Source: a virus | Virus record (IMG/VR): IMGVR_UViG_3300045988_182772 | Direction: 5' to 3' (one strand) | Length of the DNA stretch: 64,000 bases | In this document: in pieces, positions 40,988 through 48,129 of the stretch | How the letters are laid out: each line of letters starts with the position of its first letter | Numbering within the stretch: the stretch's first letter is position 1 | Made by a program: the position numbers and the translations under genes | The notes under the pieces: model-generated | Databases searched by the model: none | What the model was told of the DNA's origin: nothing | Seen by the model: the letters and a program-made list of their open reading frames with translations, nothing else

Positions 40988-41359
40988 ATGCCGGATGCAA
41001 AGAGCAGCACGGTCGTAGTGCAGCGCGGCGTCTACACGTTGGCCAGAAAAACTGTGGACGCGGAGGGCAACACCATCCGGGAAACACCGCCGCAATGGCA
41101 AGAAGACATCGCCGGCGGCTCTATCATCACCTGTCCCATAGACCCGGAAACGGACGAGCCGCTGTGCGACGCAGAGCTGGTGTCTGCCATGTCACAGGAC
41201 GTGCTTCTCGACAATCTCGGAAAGGCGCTGGGCTTCCACTGGCCGAACTTCGCCGCCATCTTTGAGAAGATGCGGGAAAGCGAGGTGGATTTCTGCCAGT
41301 TCTGCGGCGAGGACCTGAAAAAGTGTATGCTTTGCCCCTTCAATTCCTACAACAATTAG
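40988..41359 (+). CDS. hypothetical protein with Cys-rich C-terminus
   Basis: CQFCGEDLKKCMLCPFNS. Translationally coupled to the helicase gene. Confidence 0.4.
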   Translation: MPDAKSSTVVVQRGVYTLARKTVDAEGNTIRETPPQWQEDIAGGSIITCPIDPETDEPLCDAELVSAMSQDVLLDNLGKALGFHWPNFAAIFEKMRESEVDFCQFCGEDLKKCMLCPFNSYNN

Positions 41360-41384
41360 TCGGCATTTTCAGGAGGAATGAACA

Positions 41385-41987
41385 ATGACTTTTGTTAGTT
41401 TTGCTCTGGAATTAGGGCGGCTCATGATGCCGCAGCTTGCGGTACTCATTGTGCTATGGGTGTTGTGCGATTTCGCCGTGGGCAAGCTCAATGCGCCGAG
41501 ACCGCTGGTGCTTGCGGTTCTGTGGCTATTCCTACTCATTGAAACACTGAACGTCGGCAGCCGCGTGACGCTGTTCTTCCAGAGCCGGGAGTTCCAGATT
41601 CCCAAAGTCTCTCTTGGTATCCAGCTTGTGCTGCTGGCAGTCCTGGTGGGCTTGCCGGCTGCGAAGTATTTCGTGGAGAAGAAGTTCGCCAACTGCGGTG
41701 CTGTGAGTAAGGCGCTCGCTTTATTCTTCCATACCGTTCTTTCCCTCACAGCGGCGATTGTACTGCTGGCAAGCCTGTATTCTGTAGTTATGGCACGGGC
41801 GGATTTCCCTGCGGGTACTGCTGATGCCGTCTGCTTTGTTGTGGCGGTATTGGCGCTGTATCAGCCATTACTTGTGTACTTTGGCGGAAACAGGCTGGAC
41901 GATATCCTGTCGCTCATTCGGCAGGCCAATCGCAACGCGGTGTCTGTCCATCAGAATGATACGAACCATGTCAGCGCAGGTAAGTAA
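41385..41987 (+). CDS. hypothetical membrane protein (200 aa)
   Basis: Five to six TM helices. RBS aggagg. Confidence 0.4.
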   Translation: MTFVSFALELGRLMMPQLAVLIVLWVLCDFAVGKLNAPRPLVLAVLWLFLLIETLNVGSRVTLFFQSREFQIPKVSLGIQLVLLAVLVGLPAAKYFVEKKFANCGAVSKALALFFHTVLSLTAAIVLLASLYSVVMARADFPAGTADAVCFVVAVLALYQPLLVYFGGNRLDDILSLIRQANRNAVSVHQNDTNHVSAGK

Positions 41988-42329
41988 ACACGCGAGGAAG
42001 CGTACAAAACAGCGTGCTGGTCTCGGCAAAAGAGCAGCCGTGCGCAATGCACAGAAAGCCTTTGACTTTGGCGTGAAGCACTCGGAGACCAGAGGCCACC
42101 TGAATGGATACCTTACATCCATCCGCTTCAAAAACAAAACCATCAACAATATTCGAGTATATCACCGGCACGTCTATCTGTTTGCCGGGGATGTCCTCGT
42201 AACGGTGCTCAATCTGCCAAACAGCTTGTGGTCGCAGGCAGAGTCCTGTGAGAAGAGAAAAAACATGAGTCTCGAATGTCCTGTCAATCAGGACGCTGCT
42301 CTTTAGCTTTACCCCGCCGAATGGCGGGC

Positions 42330-42640
42330 GGGTGCGCCGGAAACTCCGGCTCAGCCTCCTGTCATTTGGTGTGGCTTATGACCCGCAAGGGTAGTAAGCC
42401 TCGTCAATAAGCCTCAGCCGCAAGGCTACGATATGCCGGAATACATAGGCACCGGCGGATACTCCACAAGTCCGCCGCTCTGCGGGTGCGTATTAAACAT
42501 CTCTGAGGGGAAGGAGAAGTGTGCGTACCATCAAACCCAGTGTATCTTTGGCGATGTGGACCACAGTAACGCCGTGCAAGCGGTAAGTGCTGATTTACCA
42601 AATTTTTGGTTTTTCTTGAAGCCTGTATCGAAGACTACCA
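42330..42640 (+). ncRNA. candidate tracrRNA-like / omegaRNA-scaffold transcript containing an anti-repeat to the downstream array. Boundaries approximate.
   Basis: cctgtcatttggtg at ~42358-42371 is the exact reverse complement of the repeat core caccaaatgacagg. GC-rich structured region. Weak terminator-like hairpin plus tttttggttttt near 42600-42640. Confidence 0.3.
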
Positions 42641-42651
42641 ACCTACATTGA

Positions 42652-42880
42652 GTTGATACCCCCGCCAAGTAGCTATACCCTATGGCGAATACAGCAATCA
42701 ACTCTCGATTGTTGACGTACCCCACCAAATGACAGGCAGCTATACCAATTTTACCGTCTTATTTCCTTGTCGAATAGTTGACGTACCCCACCGAATGACA
42801 GGCAGCTATACCGCAGCCCCCCCGCAAACGGAGCATCACGCACAGTTGACGTCCCCCACCGAATGACAGGAAACTGCACC
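42652..42880 (+). CRISPR. CRISPR-like mini-array: degenerate repeat (42652-42679), 36-nt repeats at 42711-42746, 42777-42812, 42845-42880, with unique spacers of 31, 30 and 32 nt
   Basis: Repeat 1 GTTGACGTACCCCACCAAATGACAGGCAGCTATACC. Repeat 2 identical except A17G. Repeat 3 GTTGACGTCCCCCACCGAATGACAGGAAACTGCACC. Upstream copy GTTGATACCCCCGCCAAG--TAGCTATACC. Spacers aattttaccgtcttatttccttgtcgaata and gcagcccccccgcaaacggagcatcacgcaca. Confidence 0.5.
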
Positions 42881-42904
42881 CGCAGCGTGAAAGGAAAAAA
42901 TAAG

Positions 42905-44299
42905 ATGCCAGTATGTGTTTTAAGTGCAAACGGTGAACGGCTGATGCCAACCGAAAATTACGGCAAAGTGCGCCATCTGCTGAAGGAGGGCCGCGCTGTG
43001 ATTGCAAAGCGAAACCCGTTCACCATCCAGCTGACCTACGAGACCAGTACCTATACTCAGTCCATCGAAATGTGCGTCGGCACCGGATATGAGCATATCG
43101 GCGTCAGCATTAAGACAAAGGCAAAAGAGGTCGTATCGCAGCAATATGATTTGCTCACGAACGAGCGCTCCCGCCATGACGACTGCCGAGTGCACCGCCG
43201 GACGCGCAGAAACCACCTGCGGTATCGGGCTGCACGGTTCAATAACCGTGTATCCATCAGAAAGCCCGGTTGGATTGCTCCGTCCCTGGATAATAAGGTG
43301 GAGCGGCACCTGGATATTATCTCCCGCTATCTGTCTGTCATGCCTGTCACGGATGTCTTTATCAAGGCCGCAACATACGATACACAGCTCCTTGCGGCGC
43401 TGGAGGCAGGGGAGCCTGTCCCGCAGGGCAAGGACTATCAGCATGGGCCGCAGTACGGCCACGATACGCTGCGGGAAGCGGTCTTTGAACGAGACCACTA
43501 TACCTGTGTGTATTGCAAGAGAGGCCTGAAAGACGGCGCTATCCTTCATGTCCATCATGCCTACTACTGGAAGGGTCTGCATGGGAACAGCATGAGGGAG
43601 CTTGCGACCTGCTGCGAGAAGTGCAACACACCTGCCAATCACAAGGAGGGCGGGAAGCTGTGGGGCTTCGATAAGCCTCTGCGGAAATATACCGGCGAAG
43701 CGTTTATGAATAGCGTGCGCTGGATTCTCTATCAGCGTGCGATGGCCCGCTTCCAGGGTGTTGCGGAAGTACACATGACCTATGGCGTCATCTCCAAGCG
43801 CGTCCGCACCAACCTCGGCCTCCCGTATTCCTGCGCTACGGATGCCTACTGCATGGGCGAGCTGCGTCCGGAAGCCAGATGCGAAACAGAGGTCTTCCAG
43901 AAATACAGGCGAAACAACAGAGTCCTATCCAAATTCTATGACGCCAAATATTACGACACACGGGAAAAGGGAGTTATCCGTTCTGGCAACGAGCTGTCCT
44001 CCGGCAGGACGAACCGCAATCATAACCTTGACGGCGAAAATCTGCGCCGGTTCCGTGGCTGTAAGAAGTCAAAGGGCCGAACCTCGACCAGAAAGCAGAG
44101 ATATGCCATGCAGCCGGGAGATATCGTGGTCTACGGCAATCGCAAATACGTTTCCAAGGGCTGCTCCAGCTATGGCAGGGCATTAAGCCTACTCACGGAT
44201 GGAAAGCCGCTTATGGTCAGCATGAAGAAAATCCAGCTTGTTCGTCATAAGGGCGGCTGGGTGCGGCTTCCCCATGCAGCAGCCGAGGCAAAAAAATAA
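42905..44299 (+). CDS. iscB: IscB-like RNA-guided nuclease candidate (PLMP-like N-terminus, RRxRR arginine-rich bridge helix, HNH), 465 aa. The RuvC-I catalytic Asp is not evident.
   Basis: MPVCVLSANGERLMPTENYGKVRHLLKEGRAVIAKRNPFTIQL (PLMP-like). HRRTRRNHLRYRAARF (RRxRR). HNH CVYCKR...HVHHAYYW...CCEKCNTPANH. RBS aaaggaaaaaataag then ATG. Track ORF 42863 trimmed because the upstream codons lie inside repeat 3. Confidence 0.6.
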   Translation: MPVCVLSANGERLMPTENYGKVRHLLKEGRAVIAKRNPFTIQLTYETSTYTQSIEMCVGTGYEHIGVSIKTKAKEVVSQQYDLLTNERSRHDDCRVHRRTRRNHLRYRAARFNNRVSIRKPGWIAPSLDNKVERHLDIISRYLSVMPVTDVFIKAATYDTQLLAALEAGEPVPQGKDYQHGPQYGHDTLREAVFERDHYTCVYCKRGLKDGAILHVHHAYYWKGLHGNSMRELATCCEKCNTPANHKEGGKLWGFDKPLRKYTGEAFMNSVRWILYQRAMARFQGVAEVHMTYGVISKRVRTNLGLPYSCATDAYCMGELRPEARCETEVFQKYRRNNRVLSKFYDAKYYDTREKGVIRSGNELSSGRTNRNHNLDGENLRRFRGCKKSKGRTSTRKQRYAMQPGDIVVYGNRKYVSKGCSSYGRALSLLTDGKPLMVSMKKIQLVRHKGGWVRLPHAAAEAKK

Positions 44300-44346
44300 C
44301 CACCTGCGGATAAACCGTGGGCGGTGGAAATTGACAAAGCGGGGCC

Positions 44347-44385
44347 TTTTTGGTAAGATAACAATGCTCCAAAAGGAGCCAGAAA
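44347..44385 (+). promoter_or_regulatory. sigmaA-type promoter (TTGACA-N17-TAAGAT) for the small peptide gene
   Basis: ttgacaaagcggggcctttttggtaagataac. Confidence 0.4.
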
Positions 44386-44441
44386 GGCGTTACCATATAC
44401 GGTAGGCGGTCGGCACTTCCCTGTGGAGGGAGGTGATGCCA

Positions 44442-44528
44442 ATGGTTACTTACGAATCGCTTTTTGCGTATTCTCTTGTTATCATCGGCCTTGTGGGTCT
44501 GATAGTTCAGATTTGCAAACGAAAATGA
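44442..44528 (+). CDS. 28-aa hydrophobic peptide with Lys/Arg C-terminus (type I toxin-like)
   Basis: MVTYESLFAYSLVIIGLVGLIVQICKRK. RBS ggagggaggtg 7 nt upstream. Followed by a hairpin atgaccg...cggtcat. Confidence 0.3.
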   Translation: MVTYESLFAYSLVIIGLVGLIVQICKRK

Positions 44529-44682
44529 CCGCCCCTCGCCAAAGGAAGACGGTCATTTCGTTTGACTCTATTCTCTTAGGCTGACCGCTTATCGGTATCG
44601 CCTTTCTGCTTTTATTATACACCAGCAAGCCGCTTTGTCAAGCAAGACAAGGCGGCTTTTGCCGTCGGAAAGGAGTTTTCCT

Positions 44683-45180
44683 ATGAAAAACATCATGCTC
44701 AGCATCCGACCTGAGTGGCTCCAGAAAATCCTGTCGGGCCAGAAGACCGTGGAGCTGCGCCTGTCCAGACCGAACCTTACGCCGCCCTTCATGGTATTTC
44801 TCTACTGCTCCTGCAAGGGTACAAAGAAGCCCGGTGAAATTCTTGAAATCCATAGCGGCGGCAAAATCTACAAGGCAAACGGTCTTGTGGTAGGGGAGTT
44901 TACCTGTACCGAAATTGACCGTGTGGTGCGCGTGGGCTATATGGGCAGCAACGCGCCGCTTCAATACTGTGTCAACGCACAACCTGGAAACTACACCCCA
45001 GCGGGGAAACTGTATGAGGACGCCTGCCTCACCGTGAAGCAAGCAGAGGACTACCTCTGTGGCCGCGTGGGATACGGATGGCACATCTCTGATGTGCAGA
45101 CCTATGACCGGCCCAAGAGCCTCGACTGCTTCGCACTTGCGAGAGCACCGCAGAGTTGGCAGTACGTCCACGATTTTTAA
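44683..45180 (+). CDS. ASCH-domain protein
   Basis: MKNIMLSIRPEWLQKILSGQKTVELR matches the ASCH N-terminal signature. RBS aaaggag. Confidence 0.5.
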   Translation: MKNIMLSIRPEWLQKILSGQKTVELRLSRPNLTPPFMVFLYCSCKGTKKPGEILEIHSGGKIYKANGLVVGEFTCTEIDRVVRVGYMGSNAPLQYCVNAQPGNYTPAGKLYEDACLTVKQAEDYLCGRVGYGWHISDVQTYDRPKSLDCFALARAPQSWQYVHDF

Positions 45181-45195
45181 GGAGGGATTCAAAAA

Positions 45196-45411
45196 ATGGC
45201 AAATTACAGAGTTTGTTTTCGGCTGCCCACATTTGTGGTACAGCTGAGCTTTGAGGCGGCAGAGAGGGATATCTCATACGAGGAAATTGCTGCATCCATC
45301 AACAAAGAGAAGGTCGCGGAACTTCTGTGTCTTGACGCACTGGGCTACAGTGCGGAAGACATAGAAATCATCACCCCGGAAGAGTATGACGAGGAGGTTG
45401 GAGCGGAATGA
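45196..45411 (+). CDS. small acidic hypothetical protein (71 aa)
   Basis: RBS aaggaggg. Confidence 0.35.
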   Translation: MANYRVCFRLPTFVVQLSFEAAERDISYEEIAASINKEKVAELLCLDALGYSAEDIEIITPEEYDEEVGAE

Positions 45412-46670
45412 ACACTGAGGAGCGTTTCCTGCTTCGCTCGTCAGTAGAATGGCGAAAGAATTTGATGCAGGATTGCTTGTGTATGCCGTGTGCTGAGTTC
45501 TCTGACTCTTTCGACGCAGCTGTAGACGCTGCCATCGCCACATTCCCTGAGTTGGAGCGGGAAGCTATCTTAAAACGCTACCGCGACGGTCTTACACCAA
45601 CACAATGCGCAAACGCACTGAAAATTGACATCGGCAAGTTCTACTCTTGCTTCGACCTCGCCATAAGGAGGCTGCGTCACCCCAAATATGCGGGGGGTAT
45701 CCTGAAAGAAATGCGCCGGTTTGCAGGCAGCCCTCTCGCCTCTGCTTTGAAGGAGGCCATTGAGAATGGCAACTGGAAAAAAATCGAGGAGTTGTGCGAT
45801 TCTGTTCCGTTTCAGTGCCTCAATTTCTCGACTCGCACCAAGAACTGCCTTATGTTCAGTGGTGCCCAAAGTATCGGCGATGTTGTTCGACTGATAGAGA
45901 GCGGCAAACTGAAGAATCTGCGCCAATGCGGGCAGGGGACCCTTCAGAATATTATCGACGTACTGGAAAAGGCTCTGCCGTTCCATTTCATCCTTGGAAA
46001 GCCAGCTCAATTCTGTCCGGAAACGAGTGATGCCTTCACCCGGAAGGAACACACTCGCCAGCTCTCTGCCATGCTGGAGCGATACATCGACCCGCGCAAC
46101 GACCCACGCATCTACTGGGCGAGAGAGGTCACATTCGACTACTCTACGAACCACAAAATCCGCGTGGACTATATGCGCTTTCAGCCGCTCAACAATTCGA
46201 CCTCCGGCATTGAGAAGGGGGACTTCTACGCCTACGAGGTCAAGTCCTCTGTGGAGGATTTCAAATCTCCTAACGGGCACAACTTCATCGCGGACTACAA
46301 CTACTACGTTATGCCCGCAGACGTCTTCGAAGCGGTGAAGGATACTGTGCCATACGGCGTCGGTGTGCTTTGCCCGGACGGCGGGCATCTGCGATGCGTG
46401 AGGAAAGCCGTGAGGAAGGACCGAACCAGACCGGTCAGCGAGATGCTGCTCATGCTGTGGCGCAGCTCACGAAGAGATTTTCCCGCCACTGACGTGGCCC
46501 CGGTAATGCACACCCGCTGGGCGCATCTTGGCGGGGACGAGTGGTGTTGCCCTGCGTGCGGCTTTGTCATTACCACTGAGGGCAGTTGGGACAAGCCTAC
46601 CAAAAAATACTGCGAGGATTGCGGGGCCAAGATGGACGGAGGTGCTGACCATGAAGACAGACAAGATTAA
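45408..46670 (+). CDS. regulatory protein with sigma-70 region-4-type HTH at the N-terminus and a C-terminal zinc ribbon
   Basis: ELEREAILKRYRDGLTPTQCANALKIDIGKFYSCFDLAIRRLRH (region 4-like). C-terminal CCPACG...CEDCG. Confidence 0.4.
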   Translation: MNTEERFLLRSSVEWRKNLMQDCLCMPCAEFSDSFDAAVDAAIATFPELEREAILKRYRDGLTPTQCANALKIDIGKFYSCFDLAIRRLRHPKYAGGILKEMRRFAGSPLASALKEAIENGNWKKIEELCDSVPFQCLNFSTRTKNCLMFSGAQSIGDVVRLIESGKLKNLRQCGQGTLQNIIDVLEKALPFHFILGKPAQFCPETSDAFTRKEHTRQLSAMLERYIDPRNDPRIYWAREVTFDYSTNHKIRVDYMRFQPLNNSTSGIEKGDFYAYEVKSSVEDFKSPNGHNFIADYNYYVMPADVFEAVKDTVPYGVGVLCPDGGHLRCVRKAVRKDRTRPVSEMLLMLWRSSRRDFPATDVAPVMHTRWAHLGGDEWCCPACGFVITTEGSWDKPTKKYCEDCGAKMDGGADHEDRQD

Positions 46671-47037
46671 CCAGCCTGAGTTCGCCCCGGAGGAGTGGCG
46701 GAAGGCGGCCATTATGTACGATACATCCTTTGCCTGGTGTAAAAATCAAATTTCAGCCTGGGGTAAGAATCAAATTTCATTTACACCGGGCTTTAACGAG
46801 ATGTTCGATGAAGCGCTGGACACACTTCCTGAGCGAAACCGCGATATCGTCCAAAAGTATTTTCGTGACAGAATGACGTTTTCGCAAATCGCCGACCTGC
46901 ACGGCACCAGCAGAAGCATAGTTCGCCATCTGTGTATCTGGACGGTATGGAGGGTCATGAATTTGATTCTGCTGCGAGAAGGAAGCAACCAAAATGCCGC
47001 GCCACAAACAGGCGGAGGAACTGAAGGTGGGTATTGA
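46651..47037 (+). CDS. small sigma-70 region-4-like HTH protein
   Basis: LPERNRDIVQKYFRDRMTFSQIADLHGTSRSIVRHL. In-frame ATG with RBS overlapping the upstream gene end. Confidence 0.4.
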   Translation: MKTDKINQPEFAPEEWRKAAIMYDTSFAWCKNQISAWGKNQISFTPGFNEMFDEALDTLPERNRDIVQKYFRDRMTFSQIADLHGTSRSIVRHLCIWTVWRVMNLILLREGSNQNAAPQTGGGTEGGY

Positions 47038-47521
47038 CATCAATAGCCTGCCGCTTTCCGCACAGATTCAGGTGCGTGCAAAGCTCGACGAGCAGAAGCG
47101 CGAACAGAACCAGCAGCGAACAAAAAAACAGTCGGAAGCACAGAAAAGGCAAAAACAGCCGAAAGAAGCGGACTCTGCTGAGCCATCCAAATATCGCAAT
47201 GTAAAGGTTTTCCGCGTGGTGGATGGAGAAACCGTGAAATTCCCCAGCAAGCGGGAGGCACGCCGCTTCGATGAACTGTATTTGCAGTACAAGGGCGGTG
47301 CAATCCAGGACCTGCGGCTCCAGCAGGACTTCACGCTGGTCGAGGGCTATACACGGCCAAATGGCAAGCGGGTTCGCCCAATGGTCTATAAGGCAGATTT
47401 CGTATACCTTCGCAACGGTAAACGCATCGTGGAAGACGCGAAGGGAAAACGAACCGAAAAGTATCTCATGAAACGCAAACTCATGTTGGAAAAGTACGGA
47501 ATCGAAATTTCGGAGGTGTAA
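46994..47521 (+). CDS. DUF1064-family protein (phage-type; basic N-terminus)
   Basis: SKREARRFDELYLQYKGGAIQDLRLQQDFTLVEGYTRPNGKRVRPMVYKADFVYL...VEDAKG fits the DUF1064 pattern. Confidence 0.45.
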   Translation: MPRHKQAEELKVGIDINSLPLSAQIQVRAKLDEQKREQNQQRTKKQSEAQKRQKQPKEADSAEPSKYRNVKVFRVVDGETVKFPSKREARRFDELYLQYKGGAIQDLRLQQDFTLVEGYTRPNGKRVRPMVYKADFVYLRNGKRIVEDAKGKRTEKYLMKRKLMLEKYGIEISEV

Positions 47522-47526
47522 TATCA

Positions 47527-48030
47527 ATGTTTGAAAACGGTAAGTTCCCAACGATTGAAGAGCTTTTGGAACGGGGAGAACACCTCATTCAGAAGGCAGT
47601 TGACGGAAAAAGATTAAGCGGCGAGGAAACGCATTTTCTCAAATTGCAAAATATATGGCTTGCGCAAAGGAGGGATGAACAGGAAAAAAACTGCGCGCGT
47701 CCTCTTGTGGAGCAGCTCAAGAAAACAACCCCCTTTGTGCAGGATGTATTCCGCAGCACCGAATATTCCGAGTTCGCCCTCTGGTGCATTGAGATTCTCA
47801 CTACCGCCAGCCGGCACAACGATGACGGCTCAAACGACATCTGCGGTTGTTGGATTACGGCAGACAACAGCACGACCTACGAGGAGATGTGTCGCCGTCT
47901 GGAAGGAGTGAAGACGAAAGCCGATATTCTGGCTCTCTCCACCACGCCAAGTACCGTTGAGGCAATCAGTACGGCCACACCGCGCTGGAGGGCGGAGGTG
48001 GAGCAACTCCGCGCACAACAGCAAAAATAG
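47527..48030 (+). CDS. hypothetical protein (167 aa)
   Basis: ORF with terminator at 48046-48076. Confidence 0.4.
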   Translation: MFENGKFPTIEELLERGEHLIQKAVDGKRLSGEETHFLKLQNIWLAQRRDEQEKNCARPLVEQLKKTTPFVQDVFRSTEYSEFALWCIEILTTASRHNDDGSNDICGCWITADNSTTYEEMCRRLEGVKTKADILALSTTPSTVEAISTATPRWRAEVEQLRAQQQK

Positions 48031-48045
48031 TCTCTCCCATCCTGA

Positions 48046-48076
48046 AAGGCCGTCAGCACATCGCTGGCGGCCTTTT
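48046..48076 (+). terminator. rho-independent terminator
   Basis: ggccgtcagcacatcgctggcggcc followed by ttttg. Confidence 0.55.
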
Positions 48077-48077
48077 G

Positions 48078-48110
48078 ATTGACAAGTAAGCTATTGTGTG
48101 GTATAATTGC
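48078..48110 (+). promoter_or_regulatory. promoter cassette P6
   Basis: ttgacaagtaagctattgtgtggtataattgc. Confidence 0.55.
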
Positions 48111-48129
48111 TTCATTCAGTGAAGGGGGG

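Noticed and set aside
42652-42880. Alternative reading of the repeats as plasmid iterons or IS sub-terminal repeats
   Set aside because: The 36-nt repeat with unique spacers of similar length (period 66-68 nt), an upstream complementary anti-repeat and an adjacent IscB-like gene fit a CRISPR-like array better. The iteron alternative cannot be fully excluded without expression data.
42863-42904. Extended start MTGNCTRSVKGKNK for the IscB-like gene
   Set aside because: These codons lie inside repeat 3 of the mini-array and have no RBS. The ATG at 42905 follows an AAAGGAAAAAATAAG Shine-Dalgarno-like sequence.
48079-48129. Track start for the sigma factor ORF
   Set aside because: It would place the -35/-10 of promoter cassette P6 inside the coding region. 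A downstream GTG or ATG is more plausible, but the exact start is unresolved.
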